A DNA stretch of 64,000 bases. Origin: Alkalispirochaeta sp. GTDB taxonomy: Bacteria; Spirochaetota; Spirochaetia; DSM-27196; Alkalispirochaetaceae. The position numbers were made by a program, and so were the translations under genes. Each line of letters starts with the position of its first letter. Within the stretch, counting starts at the first letter, position 1. Positions 9,305 to 19,177 of this stretch are shown here, piece by piece. Location of the stretch: positions 1,760,001-1,824,000 of the forward strand of contig OZ271854.1 of assembly GCA_965601925.1 (NCBI GenBank), in the 5' to 3' direction. The notes under the pieces were generated by a model. It did no database searches, was not told the DNA's origin, and saw only the letters and a program-made list of their open reading frames with translations.

Positions 9305-10546
9305 TTACGGCTCCTCTACGGGAACCGTTGTGGTTTTTCCGATCGTCTCCTCGCTCGTCGCGCCGCGGAGAACCATCGCATCACTCAATGTGCTGATAAG
9401 ATCGTCGAGTCCGTGCCGATTACGGATATCGCCGAGGGGGAAAATCTGATCCGAGAAGAGGCGATCGAGTATGAGCCCCGCAGCGCCGTACGCCGCGGCG
9501 TCTTCGCCGAGGGTCGAGAAGCTCACCTTCCGGCCCACTTCGCTTTCGTACGGCCAGTTTCGCTGTATCTCCGAGTGGAAGATCGACTCCATCTCCTCCC
9601 GGAATACGAGGCAATCGCCCCCGATGAACAGATGGCTCAGGTCGAGCACGTTGATGATAAGGGCTATGTTTCGGGCCAGCTCACGAAAGAAGCGACTACG
9701 TATCGTCGGATCGGTGCCGACTTGCTCCGCTTCCTCGTCGGATAGGGAGAATTGACCGACGCTGCCGTCCTTCCAGAAGACGCTGCGGAACTCACCGGCG
9801 GTGAAGTGCGATCCGGGGTAGAGCGTGCCGTTGATCACGACACCGATGCCGACGCCGATCCCGCCGTACAGACTGCGTCCCTGTTCGCTTTGTCGAATCT
9901 GCACGAGAACGTACAGAAAGTCGTGAAAGTCGTGGCGGCGATGAAAGGTCAGCTCACCCCACGCGCACGCGTTGGCGTCGTTCTCCACAACGACCGGGAT
10001 GTCGAGGCGGGAGGCGATGTGGGCCTGAAAGTCGTACTCTTCGGCCAGTTCCATCGGGATCGAACCGTATATGCGGTTGCTGATGGAGTTGATCAGCCCT
10101 CCCATGGCGATGCCGATCGCGAGAAGCGAATCGCGCCGATCTCCCATGTCGGCCAACACCACGTTCAAAATATCAAAGACGTATTCATCGAAGGGCTTAC
10201 CCTCACGCCGTACATTTTCGGTCCAACGGCGTTCGATCCGTCCGTCCAGATCGCACAGCACGGCGCGATAAAAATCTGGTTGAAACTCAAAGCCCAAAAC
10301 GAGGCCGTAGGTGGGGTTGATTCTGAGGAGAACCGGCCGCCGCCCGCCCTGCTTGGACGCGTCACCCTCGGCTACCTCGTGAATCATTTTTTGATCGATC
10401 AACTCCTTCACCAATGATGAGACGGTCGACTTATCGAGGCCGAGCCGTCCGGCGATTTCGACGCGGCTCAGGAGAGGAGTACGCCACACGGCGCGCAGTA
10501 CCCGCGATCTATTCATGATTCGATTTCGCTTGCCCGCTGAGGCCAC
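9305..10546 (-). CDS. ROK family transcriptional repressor (XylR/NagC-like)
   Basis: N-terminal HTH SRVEIAGRLGLDKSTVS; ENDANA; GIGVG..ING; GTG 10546 preceded by GGAG (the ORF-track start at 10582 overlaps the operator). Confidence 0.9.
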   Translation of the reverse strand: MASAGKRNRIMNRSRVLRAVWRTPLLSRVEIAGRLGLDKSTVSSLVKELIDQKMIHEVAEGDASKQGGRRPVLLRINPTYGLVLGFEFQPDFYRAVLCDLDGRIERRWTENVRREGKPFDEYVFDILNVVLADMGDRRDSLLAIGIAMGGLINSISNRIYGSIPMELAEEYDFQAHIASRLDIPVVVENDANACAWGELTFHRRHDFHDFLYVLVQIRQSEQGRSLYGGIGVGIGVVINGTLYPGSHFTAGEFRSVFWKDGSVGQFSLSDEEAEQVGTDPTIRSRFFRELARNIALIINVLDLSHLFIGGDCLVFREEMESIFHSEIQRNWPYESEVGRKVSFSTLGEDAAAYGAAGLILDRLFSDQIFPLGDIRNRHGLDDLISTLSDAMVLRGATSEETIGKTTTVPVEEP

Positions 10547-10565
10547 CCGTGCTACACTCCATTTG

Positions 10566-10583
10566 GTTGGTTTTAAAACCAAC
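10566..10583. promoter_or_regulatory. Perfect 18-bp palindrome, likely ROK operator
   Basis: GTTGGTTTTAAAACCAAC is its own reverse complement; lies between the divergent ROK and GH2 genes. Confidence 0.75.
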
Positions 10584-10705
10584 TATAGTGTTCCATGGCT
10601 TTGGCGTGTCGTCAACGGAAAGTTGCTTCATACCGGCATTTTTTGTCGCAGCGGGCTCTTTCGTGACTCCCCATCGCTCCATATGTCCATTGAAGGAGTC
10701 TTTGT

Positions 10706-13204
10706 ATGATCGATCTGGCGGGAGTTTGGAGAGTGACCGACGAGGGGGGCGAGTACACCGTGGACGCGCATATGCCGGGAGATCTCCACACGGCACTCGC
10801 TGCCGCCGACATCATCTCCGATCCGTTCTGGGCGCGCCGGGAGCTCGACGTACAGTGGGTCGGACAACGCGGCTGGATCGTGACGCGCGATTTTGTCGTC
10901 GACGATCCGGCCGCCTCGCCGCGCTGGCTTTTAGAGATCGATACGGTTGACACCGTCGCGGAGATCTTCGTGAACGGGATATCGGTCGCCCGGTGCGCCA
11001 ACATGTTCGTTCCCCTCCGCGCCGATGTGGGAGAGGCTCTCAGGCGAGGTGTGAACACCATCGAGGTTCGGTTCGCGAGTGCCGAGGCGGAGGCCGCCGA
11101 ACGTGCCGGCCGCCTTCGGTATCCTGTGCCCCACTCGAGTTATCCCGTGCAGTCGCCGCACCGCAATCTCGTACGTAAGGTGCAGTGCCATAGCGGGTGG
11201 GATTGGGGGCCGTGTCTCATGGTCTCGGGCCTCTACGGGACGATTCGCATGCGACCCGTTCCCGCCGTCGCAGTCCGCCGAGCGTGGGGAGTTCCCCGTC
11301 GAGAAGGAGGCGAGTGGGTACTCCCGGTGCATGTGACCTACGACGGCGCCTCCGTCGACATCGATGAACGCCTGTCGGTGGCGCTCCTGGGGCCTGACGG
11401 GGCGGAGTGCGCGCGACAAGAAACCGTCGGGATTGTGGAGCCCGGGCACGCATTGGCCGAGATACGGCTCGCCGATCCCGAGTTGTGGTGGCCGGCCGGT
11501 TACGGTGCGCAGCCGCTCTACACCGTCCGTGTGCATCTCGATGCGGATGTGCGACGCTTTCGCACCGCCTTTCGAGAGATCGAAGTCGTGAGTGAGGCCG
11601 ACGAGCAGGGTCGGAGTATGTTTTTTCGCGTCAACGGACGCGCCATATGGGCGAAGGGCGCCAATTGGATTCCCACCGACGCCTTTCCGAGCCGCCAGAC
11701 CGATGCGCGGTGTCGCGAGCTCCTTGTAGCCGCGCGATCGGCCCATATGAACATGATTCGCGTCTGGGGAGGCGGACAGTACGAGAGCGACTATTTCTAT
11801 GACGTATGCGACGAGCTGGGCGTCCTGGTATGGCAGGATTTCATGTTTTCGTGCTCGCTCTACCCGTCGGAAGAGTGGTTTTTGGAAGAGGTGCGCGAGG
11901 AGGTTCGCGTCCAAACTCGCCGACTCATGTCCCATCCCTCGATCGCGATTTGGTGCGGCAATAACGAGAACATCGGCGCCCTCGGCTGGTATCCCGAGTC
12001 GATTGCCAATCCGGGGCGCTATCTGATCGACTTCGATCGTCTCAACCACGGTGTAATCGGCCGCGAAGTGCGCGCCGCCGACGATACGCGCACCTTTTGG
12101 CCCAGCTCGCCCGCCGCCGGTGAGGGAGACTTTTCGGATAACTGGCACGACGACTCCTCCGGCGACATGCATTACTGGAGCGTCTGGCACGAAGGTAAGG
12201 CCTTTTCGGCCTATCTCGAGGTGACGCCGCGCTTCTGCTCGGAGTTCGGGTTTCAGTCCTTTCCGTCGCTACGCGGCATCCGGCAGTTTGCTCCGGAGGA
12301 TCAAATGAACCCCACGGCGCCCGATCTGGAGCACCATCAGCGCCACCCGCGCGGCAATACCGTCGTGGCCGAGACGATGGCGCGTTACTTTCGGCTGCCC
12401 TTCGATTTTGCCGACTTCGTCTATATCAGTCAGGTCCAACAGGCGATGGCGATCCGAACCGCCGTCGAGTTTTGGCGCAGCCGGTGTCCGGTGAGCATGG
12501 GTGCGCTCTACTGGCAGCTCAACGACCTATGGCCCGTCGTTTCGTGGTCGAGCATTGAGTACGACGGCCGATGGAAGTTGCTGCACTACGAGGCGCGACG
12601 ATTTTTTGCGCCCCGCGCTCTCGTCTGTTTCGTGCACGACGACTCGTTGAAGGTGCACGTCTTGAACGACGCCGCGGAGACGCTCCACGGCTCCGTCGAA
12701 GTGCGCGGTCTCGATTGGCGCGGCACGTCGATATGGGAACGAAGCCTCACGGTCGCGGCGAGCGGCGATGCGAGTACGGCGATACTCGACGTACCGCTCA
12801 CCGAGCTTCCCTTCGAACGGCACGAAGGGTTCGTCGTTGCCGAGTGGCGTTCCACCGGTGAGCCGGCCGCCGACGATGCGGTTGAACGGAGCTGGACCCT
12901 GCTCACCGAGTTCAAGCGATGTGAGTTGGAGAGACCGACCCTCACCGTCGAATCTGCCGGTTCGTTGTCGGTGAGCGTGCGATGCGACGACGCACCGGCG
13001 TTTTGGGTCGCCCTGGACGGCTGTCCCGACGAGGTACGTCCCGACGACGGCGGTTTTCTCCTACTGCCGGGAGAAACGAAGACGATTGAGTTCGTGCCGA
13101 TCGCCGGCCCTGAGAACGACGGCGCTTCGACCGATACGAAGCGACACACAACGCCGATCGCGGCGGACACCGTCGGCGTCCGCCATATTCGGTCGACCTA
13201 CTAA
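10706..13204 (+). CDS. Glycoside hydrolase family 2 beta-mannosidase
   Basis: GWDWGP, KGANWIP, IRVWGGG, WQDFMF, WCGNNE, SEFGFQS, YWQLND motifs. Confidence 0.92.
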   Translation: MIDLAGVWRVTDEGGEYTVDAHMPGDLHTALAAADIISDPFWARRELDVQWVGQRGWIVTRDFVVDDPAASPRWLLEIDTVDTVAEIFVNGISVARCANMFVPLRADVGEALRRGVNTIEVRFASAEAEAAERAGRLRYPVPHSSYPVQSPHRNLVRKVQCHSGWDWGPCLMVSGLYGTIRMRPVPAVAVRRAWGVPRREGGEWVLPVHVTYDGASVDIDERLSVALLGPDGAECARQETVGIVEPGHALAEIRLADPELWWPAGYGAQPLYTVRVHLDADVRRFRTAFREIEVVSEADEQGRSMFFRVNGRAIWAKGANWIPTDAFPSRQTDARCRELLVAARSAHMNMIRVWGGGQYESDYFYDVCDELGVLVWQDFMFSCSLYPSEEWFLEEVREEVRVQTRRLMSHPSIAIWCGNNENIGALGWYPESIANPGRYLIDFDRLNHGVIGREVRAADDTRTFWPSSPAAGEGDFSDNWHDDSSGDMHYWSVWHEGKAFSAYLEVTPRFCSEFGFQSFPSLRGIRQFAPEDQMNPTAPDLEHHQRHPRGNTVVAETMARYFRLPFDFADFVYISQVQQAMAIRTAVEFWRSRCPVSMGALYWQLNDLWPVVSWSSIEYDGRWKLLHYEARRFFAPRALVCFVHDDSLKVHVLNDAAETLHGSVEVRGLDWRGTSIWERSLTVAASGDASTAILDVPLTELPFERHEGFVVAEWRSTGEPAADDAVERSWTLLTEFKRCELERPTLTVESAGSLSVSVRCDDAPAFWVALDGCPDEVRPDDGGFLLLPGETKTIEFVPIAGPENDGASTDTKRHTTPIAADTVGVRHIRSTY

Positions 13205-13229
13205 ACGGATAGGTTTGCGAGGAGGAACG

Positions 13230-14621
13230 ATGAGACACCATACACACCGAACATTTCCCGAAGACTTTCTCTGGGGCGTCGCAACGGCGAGCTACCAGGT
13301 AGAGGGAGCCGCACTGGAAGACGGCCGTAAACCGAGTATCTGGGATACCTTTTCAAAGACGCCGGGAAAGGTGTCACACGGTCATACCGGCGACGTTTCG
13401 GTCGATCAGTACCATCGCTATCCCGAAGACGTCGGTCTGATGCGCGATCTCGGCGTCGGGTCGTATCGCTTCTCCGTCGCGTGGCCGCGTATCCAACCCG
13501 ACGGCGCCGGCGCATTGAATCCGAAGGGCTTCGACTACTACAAGCGACTCGCCGACGAGCTCCATCGAAACGATATCGAAGCGACCGCGACGCTCTACCA
13601 CTGGGACCTCCCTCAGCCGCTGGAGGATATGGGCGGGTGGCCGGCGCGGGACACGGCGTACCGTTTTGCCGAGTATGCAAGTGCGTGTTTTCGCGAGCTG
13701 GGCGACTATGTCGATCGCTGGATCACCCTCAACGAGCCGTGGTGCAGTGCCGTACTCGGCTATCAAATCGGCGAGCATGCGCCCGGTATCACGAGTCGGA
13801 GCGCCTCCTGGGCGGCGGGGCACCACCTTATGCTCGCGCATGGGCTCGCCGTGCAGGCGTATCGCGCGGAGGGCGGACACACGGCTCCGATCGGCATTAC
13901 GCTCAATACGGAGTCTCCCCGGCCCGCGACGCAGCGCGCCGAGGATGTCGCCGCCGCCGACAGAGTGGCCGATATGCGCACGCGGTTTTGGCTCGATCCG
14001 TTGGTCGGTAGGCCGTATCCGGAGCGCCACTTTGCGGCGTATCCCGACCAGGCGCCGCCACCGATCAAGGACGGCGATATGGAGATCATCGCCGAGAAGA
14101 TCGACTTTCTCGGCATCAACTACTACTTCGAGCCGGTTATCGCCGCGACGCCTGTCGGTCCCGAAGGAGACGAACGCGATGGGCTACCGTGTCATCCCGA
14201 GGGGTTTCGAGCGGTCGAGAGCCATCACGAGCGCACTGAGATGGGCTGGCCGGTGACGCCTCACGGGCTTTACCGCCATCTCGTCTGGATCTGGAAGAGC
14301 ATCGACGGGCACTATCCGCTTTACATCACCGAGAACGGCTGCGCCATGCCCGACGTGCTGTCGGCCGACGGGACGCGATGCCACGATCCGCGTCGGGTGC
14401 GGTATCTACAGGACCATTTCAGTGCGGCGCTCGACGCAATTGAGGACGGAGTGGAGCTTGCCGGATACTTCGTGTGGAGCCTCATCGATAACTTCGAGTG
14501 GGCTTTCGGATACACCAAGCGTTTCGGCATCGTCTACGCCGACTACGTGAACGCGCGGCGTGTACCGAAGGACAGCTACTACTATCTCCGCGAGGTGATA
14601 AGCGGCGCCGAGGCGTTATAG
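13230..14621 (+). CDS. bglA: Glycoside hydrolase family 1 beta-glucosidase
   Basis: FLWGVATASYQVEG, TLNEP acid/base, ITENG nucleophile, DNFEWAFG; GGAGG RBS. Confidence 0.93.
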   Translation: MRHHTHRTFPEDFLWGVATASYQVEGAALEDGRKPSIWDTFSKTPGKVSHGHTGDVSVDQYHRYPEDVGLMRDLGVGSYRFSVAWPRIQPDGAGALNPKGFDYYKRLADELHRNDIEATATLYHWDLPQPLEDMGGWPARDTAYRFAEYASACFRELGDYVDRWITLNEPWCSAVLGYQIGEHAPGITSRSASWAAGHHLMLAHGLAVQAYRAEGGHTAPIGITLNTESPRPATQRAEDVAAADRVADMRTRFWLDPLVGRPYPERHFAAYPDQAPPPIKDGDMEIIAEKIDFLGINYYFEPVIAATPVGPEGDERDGLPCHPEGFRAVESHHERTEMGWPVTPHGLYRHLVWIWKSIDGHYPLYITENGCAMPDVLSADGTRCHDPRRVRYLQDHFSAALDAIEDGVELAGYFVWSLIDNFEWAFGYTKRFGIVYADYVNARRVPKDSYYYLREVISGAEAL

Positions 14622-14635
14622 AGGAGTTTCGCCCC

Positions 14636-14664
14636 TTGCCCGGAATCTCGAGTGCGGCTACAGT
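14636..14664 (+). promoter_or_regulatory. Sigma70-type promoter, likely giving a leaderless crtI-like mRNA
   Basis: TTGCCC-17 bp-TACAGT-6 bp-ATG; no SD sequence. Confidence 0.5.
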
Positions 14665-14670
14665 CTCACC

Positions 14671-16203
14671 ATGAGTCATACAGCGGGGCATGTGCCCCGC
14701 GTTGCGGTAGTCGGCGCCGGCCTCGGGGGAATGTCGGCGGCGATACGCCTCGCGGCCGCCGGATACGCGGTCACCGTCTTCGAGAAGCAGGAAGGCCCCG
14801 GAGGAAAGGCGTTTTCCACCGATCTGGGATCGTATCGCTTTGATACGGGGCCCAGTCTCTTTACCATGCGCAGCGTCTTTGAGCAGCTCTTTGAAGAAGC
14901 CGGGCGCTCCTTGGACGACTACCTTGAACTGATACCCCTGGAGCGGATATGTAACTATTTCTGGCGCGGCGGGCAGCGCATGTCGAGTTATGCCGACCGC
15001 AGTCGGTTTGCCGCAGAGTTTGAACGCGTCTTCGGCGAGAAGCCGGACCGCGTGGGGCGGTTTCTCGATTACTCCGCGCGGATCCACCGCATCACCGGCC
15101 ACCTCTTTTTGGAGCGGAGTTTGCACGAGTGGAGTACGTACCGTTCGCGCGGGTTTTGGTCGTCCCTCGTACAGATCTCGCGAATAGACGCGCTCCGAAC
15201 GATGGACCGCGCCAACGGTCGCTTTTTTAACGATCCCAAGGTACGACAGTTTTTCGACCGCTACGCGACCTACAACGGTTCGGACCCGTACCAGACGCCC
15301 GCGACCCTCAATATTATCCCCCATATCGAGTACGGACTCGGTGCGTGGGCGGTCCGGGGCGGCATATACGCCGTTCCGCGGGCGTTGGAGCGCCTGGCGC
15401 GAGAGGTGGGCGTGACGTTCCGTTACGGAGTGACCGTAGACCGCATTCTTACCGATCCTCCTCCAGGAACGCGACGCCGGCGGCGTGCGGTACGCGGAGT
15501 CGTCGTCGGCGACGCCGTCCACGAGGCGGAGATCGTCGTATCGAACGCCGATGTCACCCCCACGTATCGATACCTCCTGGAAGACACCGACGCGCGTATC
15601 TACCGCCGGTACGAGAAGCTCGAACCGTCCAGTTCCGGGCTCGTCTTTTACTGGGGCATACGGCGTCGCTTTGACGAGCTCGGTTTGCACAACATCTTTT
15701 TCTCGGACGATTATGAAAAAGAGTTTCGGCACATTTTTTCCGAACGGCGATGTCCGGACGATCCGACGATTTATCTTAATATCACGGCCAAAGAGGGCGG
15801 ATACGGTGACGCGCCGCCGGATGGAGAAAATTGGTTCGTCCTCGTTAACGCGCCGTGGGACCACGGACAGGATTGGGAAGCCGAGGCGCGTCGCGTACGG
15901 CGGGCGGTACTACAGCGGCTCGGCTCCGAACTCTCCGCCGACCTCGAGACGTTTATCGAGGAAGAGGACGTCATGCTGCCTACCGACATCGCCGCGAGAA
16001 CCGACTCCAATCGCGGAAGTCTGTATGGAATATCATCCAATACGCCCTTGGCGGCGTTTCTGCGCCACCCCAACAGATCGCGTCGCCATCACGGGCTCTA
16101 CTTCGTCGGGGGGAGCGCTCACCCTGGGGGCGGAATGCCCTTGGTCGTTCTGGGAGGTCGGATCGTCGCCGACCTGGTGCGGCGTCATCACCCCATCAAA
16201 TAG
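14671..16203 (+). CDS. crtI: Phytoene desaturase family carotenoid desaturase (CrtI/CrtD-like)
   Basis: GAGLGG FAD motif, FDTGPSLFTM, RYATYNGS, GLYFVGGSAHPGGGMP. Confidence 0.85.
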   Translation: MSHTAGHVPRVAVVGAGLGGMSAAIRLAAAGYAVTVFEKQEGPGGKAFSTDLGSYRFDTGPSLFTMRSVFEQLFEEAGRSLDDYLELIPLERICNYFWRGGQRMSSYADRSRFAAEFERVFGEKPDRVGRFLDYSARIHRITGHLFLERSLHEWSTYRSRGFWSSLVQISRIDALRTMDRANGRFFNDPKVRQFFDRYATYNGSDPYQTPATLNIIPHIEYGLGAWAVRGGIYAVPRALERLAREVGVTFRYGVTVDRILTDPPPGTRRRRRAVRGVVVGDAVHEAEIVVSNADVTPTYRYLLEDTDARIYRRYEKLEPSSSGLVFYWGIRRRFDELGLHNIFFSDDYEKEFRHIFSERRCPDDPTIYLNITAKEGGYGDAPPDGENWFVLVNAPWDHGQDWEAEARRVRRAVLQRLGSELSADLETFIEEEDVMLPTDIAARTDSNRGSLYGISSNTPLAAFLRHPNRSRRHHGLYFVGGSAHPGGGMPLVVLGGRIVADLVRRHHPIK

Positions 16204-16207
16204 ATGC

Positions 16208-16236
16208 TTGCTCGGGGCTAACCTTGAGCATACCAT
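16208..16236 (+). promoter_or_regulatory. Candidate sigma70 promoter of the pnt operon
   Basis: TTGCTC-17 bp-TACCAT upstream of a GAGGAGG RBS. Confidence 0.45.
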
Positions 16237-16261
16237 GTGACGTACATCGAGGAGGTTCTGC

Positions 16262-17413
16262 ATGAACATCGCAGTGATCAAGGAAGGCGCAGCCGGTGAG
16301 GCGCGCGTGGCGGTCGTACCCGCACATGTACCGCTGTTGGCGAAGCTGGGGGCGACCGTACACGTCGAACATGGAGCCGGATTCGCCGCGGGGTATACCG
16401 ACGACGAATATCGTGAGAAGGGCGTCGAACTTGGTGACCGACGGGCGATACTCGAGGCCGCCGATCTTTTGGTCGCGATTCGCGCCGGTGCGGCCAACGG
16501 CGAGACCGGTGTATCCGATCTCACCGCACTCCGTGAGGGAGCCGCGGTCGTGGCGATGGTGAGTCCCTACGGCCCCGACGCTGCCTTCTCCACCATGAAA
16601 GATCGCCGACACACCGCCTTTTCGCTCGAGTCGATTCCGAGAATCACCCGCGCCCAGAGTATGGACGTACTCTCGTCGCAGGCAAACCTGGCGGGATATC
16701 GAGCGGTATTGATCGGCTCACTCGAGCTTCCCAAGATGTTTCCCATGATGATGACCGCCGCCGGAACGGTCGTACCCGCCCGCGTCTTTGTCGTCGGAGT
16801 GGGCGTCGCCGGGCTCCAGGCGATCGCTACGGCCAAACGCCTGGGAGCGGTGGTGAGCGCCTACGATATCCGGCCCGCCGTCAAGGAGCAGGTCATGAGT
16901 CTCGGAGCCAAGTTCGTAGAGATCGATCTCGACGCCGGTAATGCGGAGACCGGCGGCGGCTACGCGCGCGAGATGGACGAGGAGTTTTATCGCAAGCAGC
17001 GCGAGAAGATGTTGGAGGTCGTTTCGGAGAGCGACGTGGTGATTACCACCGCCGCAATTCCGGGAAAGACCGCCCCCATCCTGATTACCAAAGAGATGGT
17101 CGAGGCGATGAGCCCCGGTACCGTGATCGTGGACCTCGCCGCGGAACGCGGCGGCAATTGCGAGCTTACCAAGGCCGGAGAGACCGTTGACGCCGGCGGT
17201 GTGCGAATCGTCGGGCCGGTGAACGTAGCCTCCGGATTGGCGCACCACGCGAGCCAGTTGTTCAGTAAGAACGTCGCGACGTTTCTTGCCGAAATCGTGC
17301 ACGAGGGGGCGCTTCACATAAACCGGGACGACGAGATCACCTCGGCGACCCTGATCATGGAGGAGGGGAAGGCCGCCGGTGACGAGACCGCGGCACTTCT
17401 CGGCCTCGCATAA
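16262..17413 (+). CDS. pntA: NAD(P) transhydrogenase subunit alpha, part 1 (dI)
   Basis: RITRAQSMDVLSSQ, GVGVAGLQA, GGGYA, DLAAERGGNC. Confidence 0.95.
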   Translation: MNIAVIKEGAAGEARVAVVPAHVPLLAKLGATVHVEHGAGFAAGYTDDEYREKGVELGDRRAILEAADLLVAIRAGAANGETGVSDLTALREGAAVVAMVSPYGPDAAFSTMKDRRHTAFSLESIPRITRAQSMDVLSSQANLAGYRAVLIGSLELPKMFPMMMTAAGTVVPARVFVVGVGVAGLQAIATAKRLGAVVSAYDIRPAVKEQVMSLGAKFVEIDLDAGNAETGGGYAREMDEEFYRKQREKMLEVVSESDVVITTAAIPGKTAPILITKEMVEAMSPGTVIVDLAAERGGNCELTKAGETVDAGGVRIVGPVNVASGLAHHASQLFSKNVATFLAEIVHEGALHINRDDEITSATLIMEEGKAAGDETAALLGLA

Positions 17414-17428
17414 GGCAAGGAGTAGGAC

Positions 17429-17710
17429 ATGGATTTCGTGAGTATTATCACCATTTTCGTGCTGGCGATTTTCGTCGGATTCGAGGTCATCACCAAGGTG
17501 CCGCCGATCCTCCACACACCGCTCATGTCGGGTTCGAATGCGATCTCCGGTATTACGATTATCGGTGCCCTCGTCGCCGCCGGTACGGGGCTATCAACGA
17601 TGACGGTGTGGTTGGGATTCGCAGCCCTCGTGTTCGCAACGATCAACGTGGTGGGCGGGTTTCTCGTTACGCATCGCATGTTAAGCAAGTTCAGAAAGAG
17701 AGAACAGTAA
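17429..17710 (+). CDS. pntAB: NAD(P) transhydrogenase subunit alpha, part 2 (membrane)
   Basis: LHTPLMSGSNAISG, INVVGGFLVTHRML. Confidence 0.93.
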   Translation: MDFVSIITIFVLAIFVGFEVITKVPPILHTPLMSGSNAISGITIIGALVAAGTGLSTMTVWLGFAALVFATINVVGGFLVTHRMLSKFRKREQ

Positions 17711-19119
17711 TGAACGAAGCGGTATCCAATCTGCTGTATCTCCTCGCGGCGGTACTGTTTATTGTAGGTCTCAAAGGACTGACCCACCCACGATCGGCGG
17801 TGCGGGGCAATTTTATCGGCTCTCTGGGGATGCTCCTGGCGGTCGTCGTGACGCTCGTGGTCCAAGAAATTCTCAATCCCGTCATGATTATCTCCGGAAT
17901 CGCGGCCGGTTCGATCATCGGAGCGGTATTTGCTCTTACCATCAAGATGACCGCGATGCCTCAGTTAGTCGGTCTCTATAACGGATTCGGGGGCATCGCG
18001 AGTGTGCTCGTCGCCGGCGCGGTTCTCTACCAGGCGCTGGAGACGGGACTCTCGGGACCGGAGAGCGGAGCGGGAAATCTGCAGTTTCTCGTGGCAACCG
18101 CCGCCAGCGGTCTTATCGGTGCGGTGACCTTCTTCGGATCTCTCATCGCATTCGGCAAGCTCCAGGGGATCGTCACCGAGAAGCCGGTGCGCTATCCCGG
18201 TGAGCAGATCGTCAAGATTCTCGTCGCCGGCGCCTCGCTCGTCGTGGCGGTGTTGATCGTGCTGGAGCCCGCCCGCACCGAGTACTACTGGATCCTGGCG
18301 GCCGTCTCCTCGGTGCTCGGGATACTGTTGGTAATGCCGATCGGGGGCGCGGACATGCCGATCGTCATCGCACTCCTCAACTCCTATTCGGGGCTCGCAG
18401 CGGCCGCGACCGGCTTTGTTCTCAATAACACGGTACTTATTATCGCCGGGTCCTTGGTCGGTGCGAGCGGCATCATTCTTACCAACATCATGTGTCGCGC
18501 GATGAATCGGTCCTTGGCTAACGTGCTCTTCGGCGGCGTCGGCGCGGTACAGGACTCCTCCGACACGTCGGACGATATGTATGCGGGGCGGGTTAAGAGT
18601 ACCTCGGCGGAGGAGGTCGCCATGATCCTCAAAACGGCGCAAAAGGTCACTTTCGTTCCCGGCTACGGTATGGCGGTGGCGCGCGCTCAGACCCCGGTTC
18701 GCGTGTTGACCGAGCAGATGGAGTCGGACGGGATCGATGTGGATTTCGGGATTCATCCGGTGGCGGGACGCATGCCCGGGCACATGAACGTACTTCTGGC
18801 GGAAGAGAACATCTCCTACGACAAGCTCCGTGAGATGGATGCGATCAATCCGAACTTCCCCAATACCGATGTGGTAATCGTTCTGGGAGCCAACGACGTG
18901 GTAAATCCCCTGGCACGCGAGTCCTCGGGAACACCGATCAGCGGCATGCCGATCCTCAACGTAGACGAGTCACGCACCGTCGTGGTGATCAAGCGGAGTC
19001 TGAGTCCGGGATTTGCCGGTATCCCCAATCCGCTGTTTGCCGCCGACAACACGCTAATGCTCTTCGGCGATGGGAAGAAGGTGATGGAAGATCTCGTAGC
19101 GGCGTACAAAGAGGCGTGA
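17710..19119 (+). CDS. pntB: NAD(P) transhydrogenase subunit beta
   Basis: IGGADMP, AMNRS, PGYGMAVA, HPVAGRMPGHMNV, GANDVVNP; TAATG overlap. Confidence 0.95.
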   Translation: MNEAVSNLLYLLAAVLFIVGLKGLTHPRSAVRGNFIGSLGMLLAVVVTLVVQEILNPVMIISGIAAGSIIGAVFALTIKMTAMPQLVGLYNGFGGIASVLVAGAVLYQALETGLSGPESGAGNLQFLVATAASGLIGAVTFFGSLIAFGKLQGIVTEKPVRYPGEQIVKILVAGASLVVAVLIVLEPARTEYYWILAAVSSVLGILLVMPIGGADMPIVIALLNSYSGLAAAATGFVLNNTVLIIAGSLVGASGIILTNIMCRAMNRSLANVLFGGVGAVQDSSDTSDDMYAGRVKSTSAEEVAMILKTAQKVTFVPGYGMAVARAQTPVRVLTEQMESDGIDVDFGIHPVAGRMPGHMNVLLAEENISYDKLREMDAINPNFPNTDVVIVLGANDVVNPLARESSGTPISGMPILNVDESRTVVVIKRSLSPGFAGIPNPLFAADNTLMLFGDGKKVMEDLVAAYKEA

Positions 19120-19143
19120 CGCGTCCCTCGATTGGAACGTGCG

Positions 19144-19174
19144 ACCGGTAGGCGGCGACTTGTCGGCTACCGGT
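19144..19174. terminator. Hairpin between convergent pntB and pfkA
   Basis: ACCGGTAG...CTACCGGT outer stem with further inner pairing. Confidence 0.45.
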
Positions 19175-19177
19175 GTA

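Noticed and set aside
10931..12190. 419-aa antisense ORF
   Set aside because: Lies wholly opposite the well-supported GH2 gene
14482..15864. 460-aa antisense ORF
   Set aside because: Shadow of the crtI-like gene; no recognisable domain
16262..17710. Split pntA as a possible pseudogene
   Set aside because: A split alpha subunit is a known natural arrangement; both parts have SDs and intact motifs
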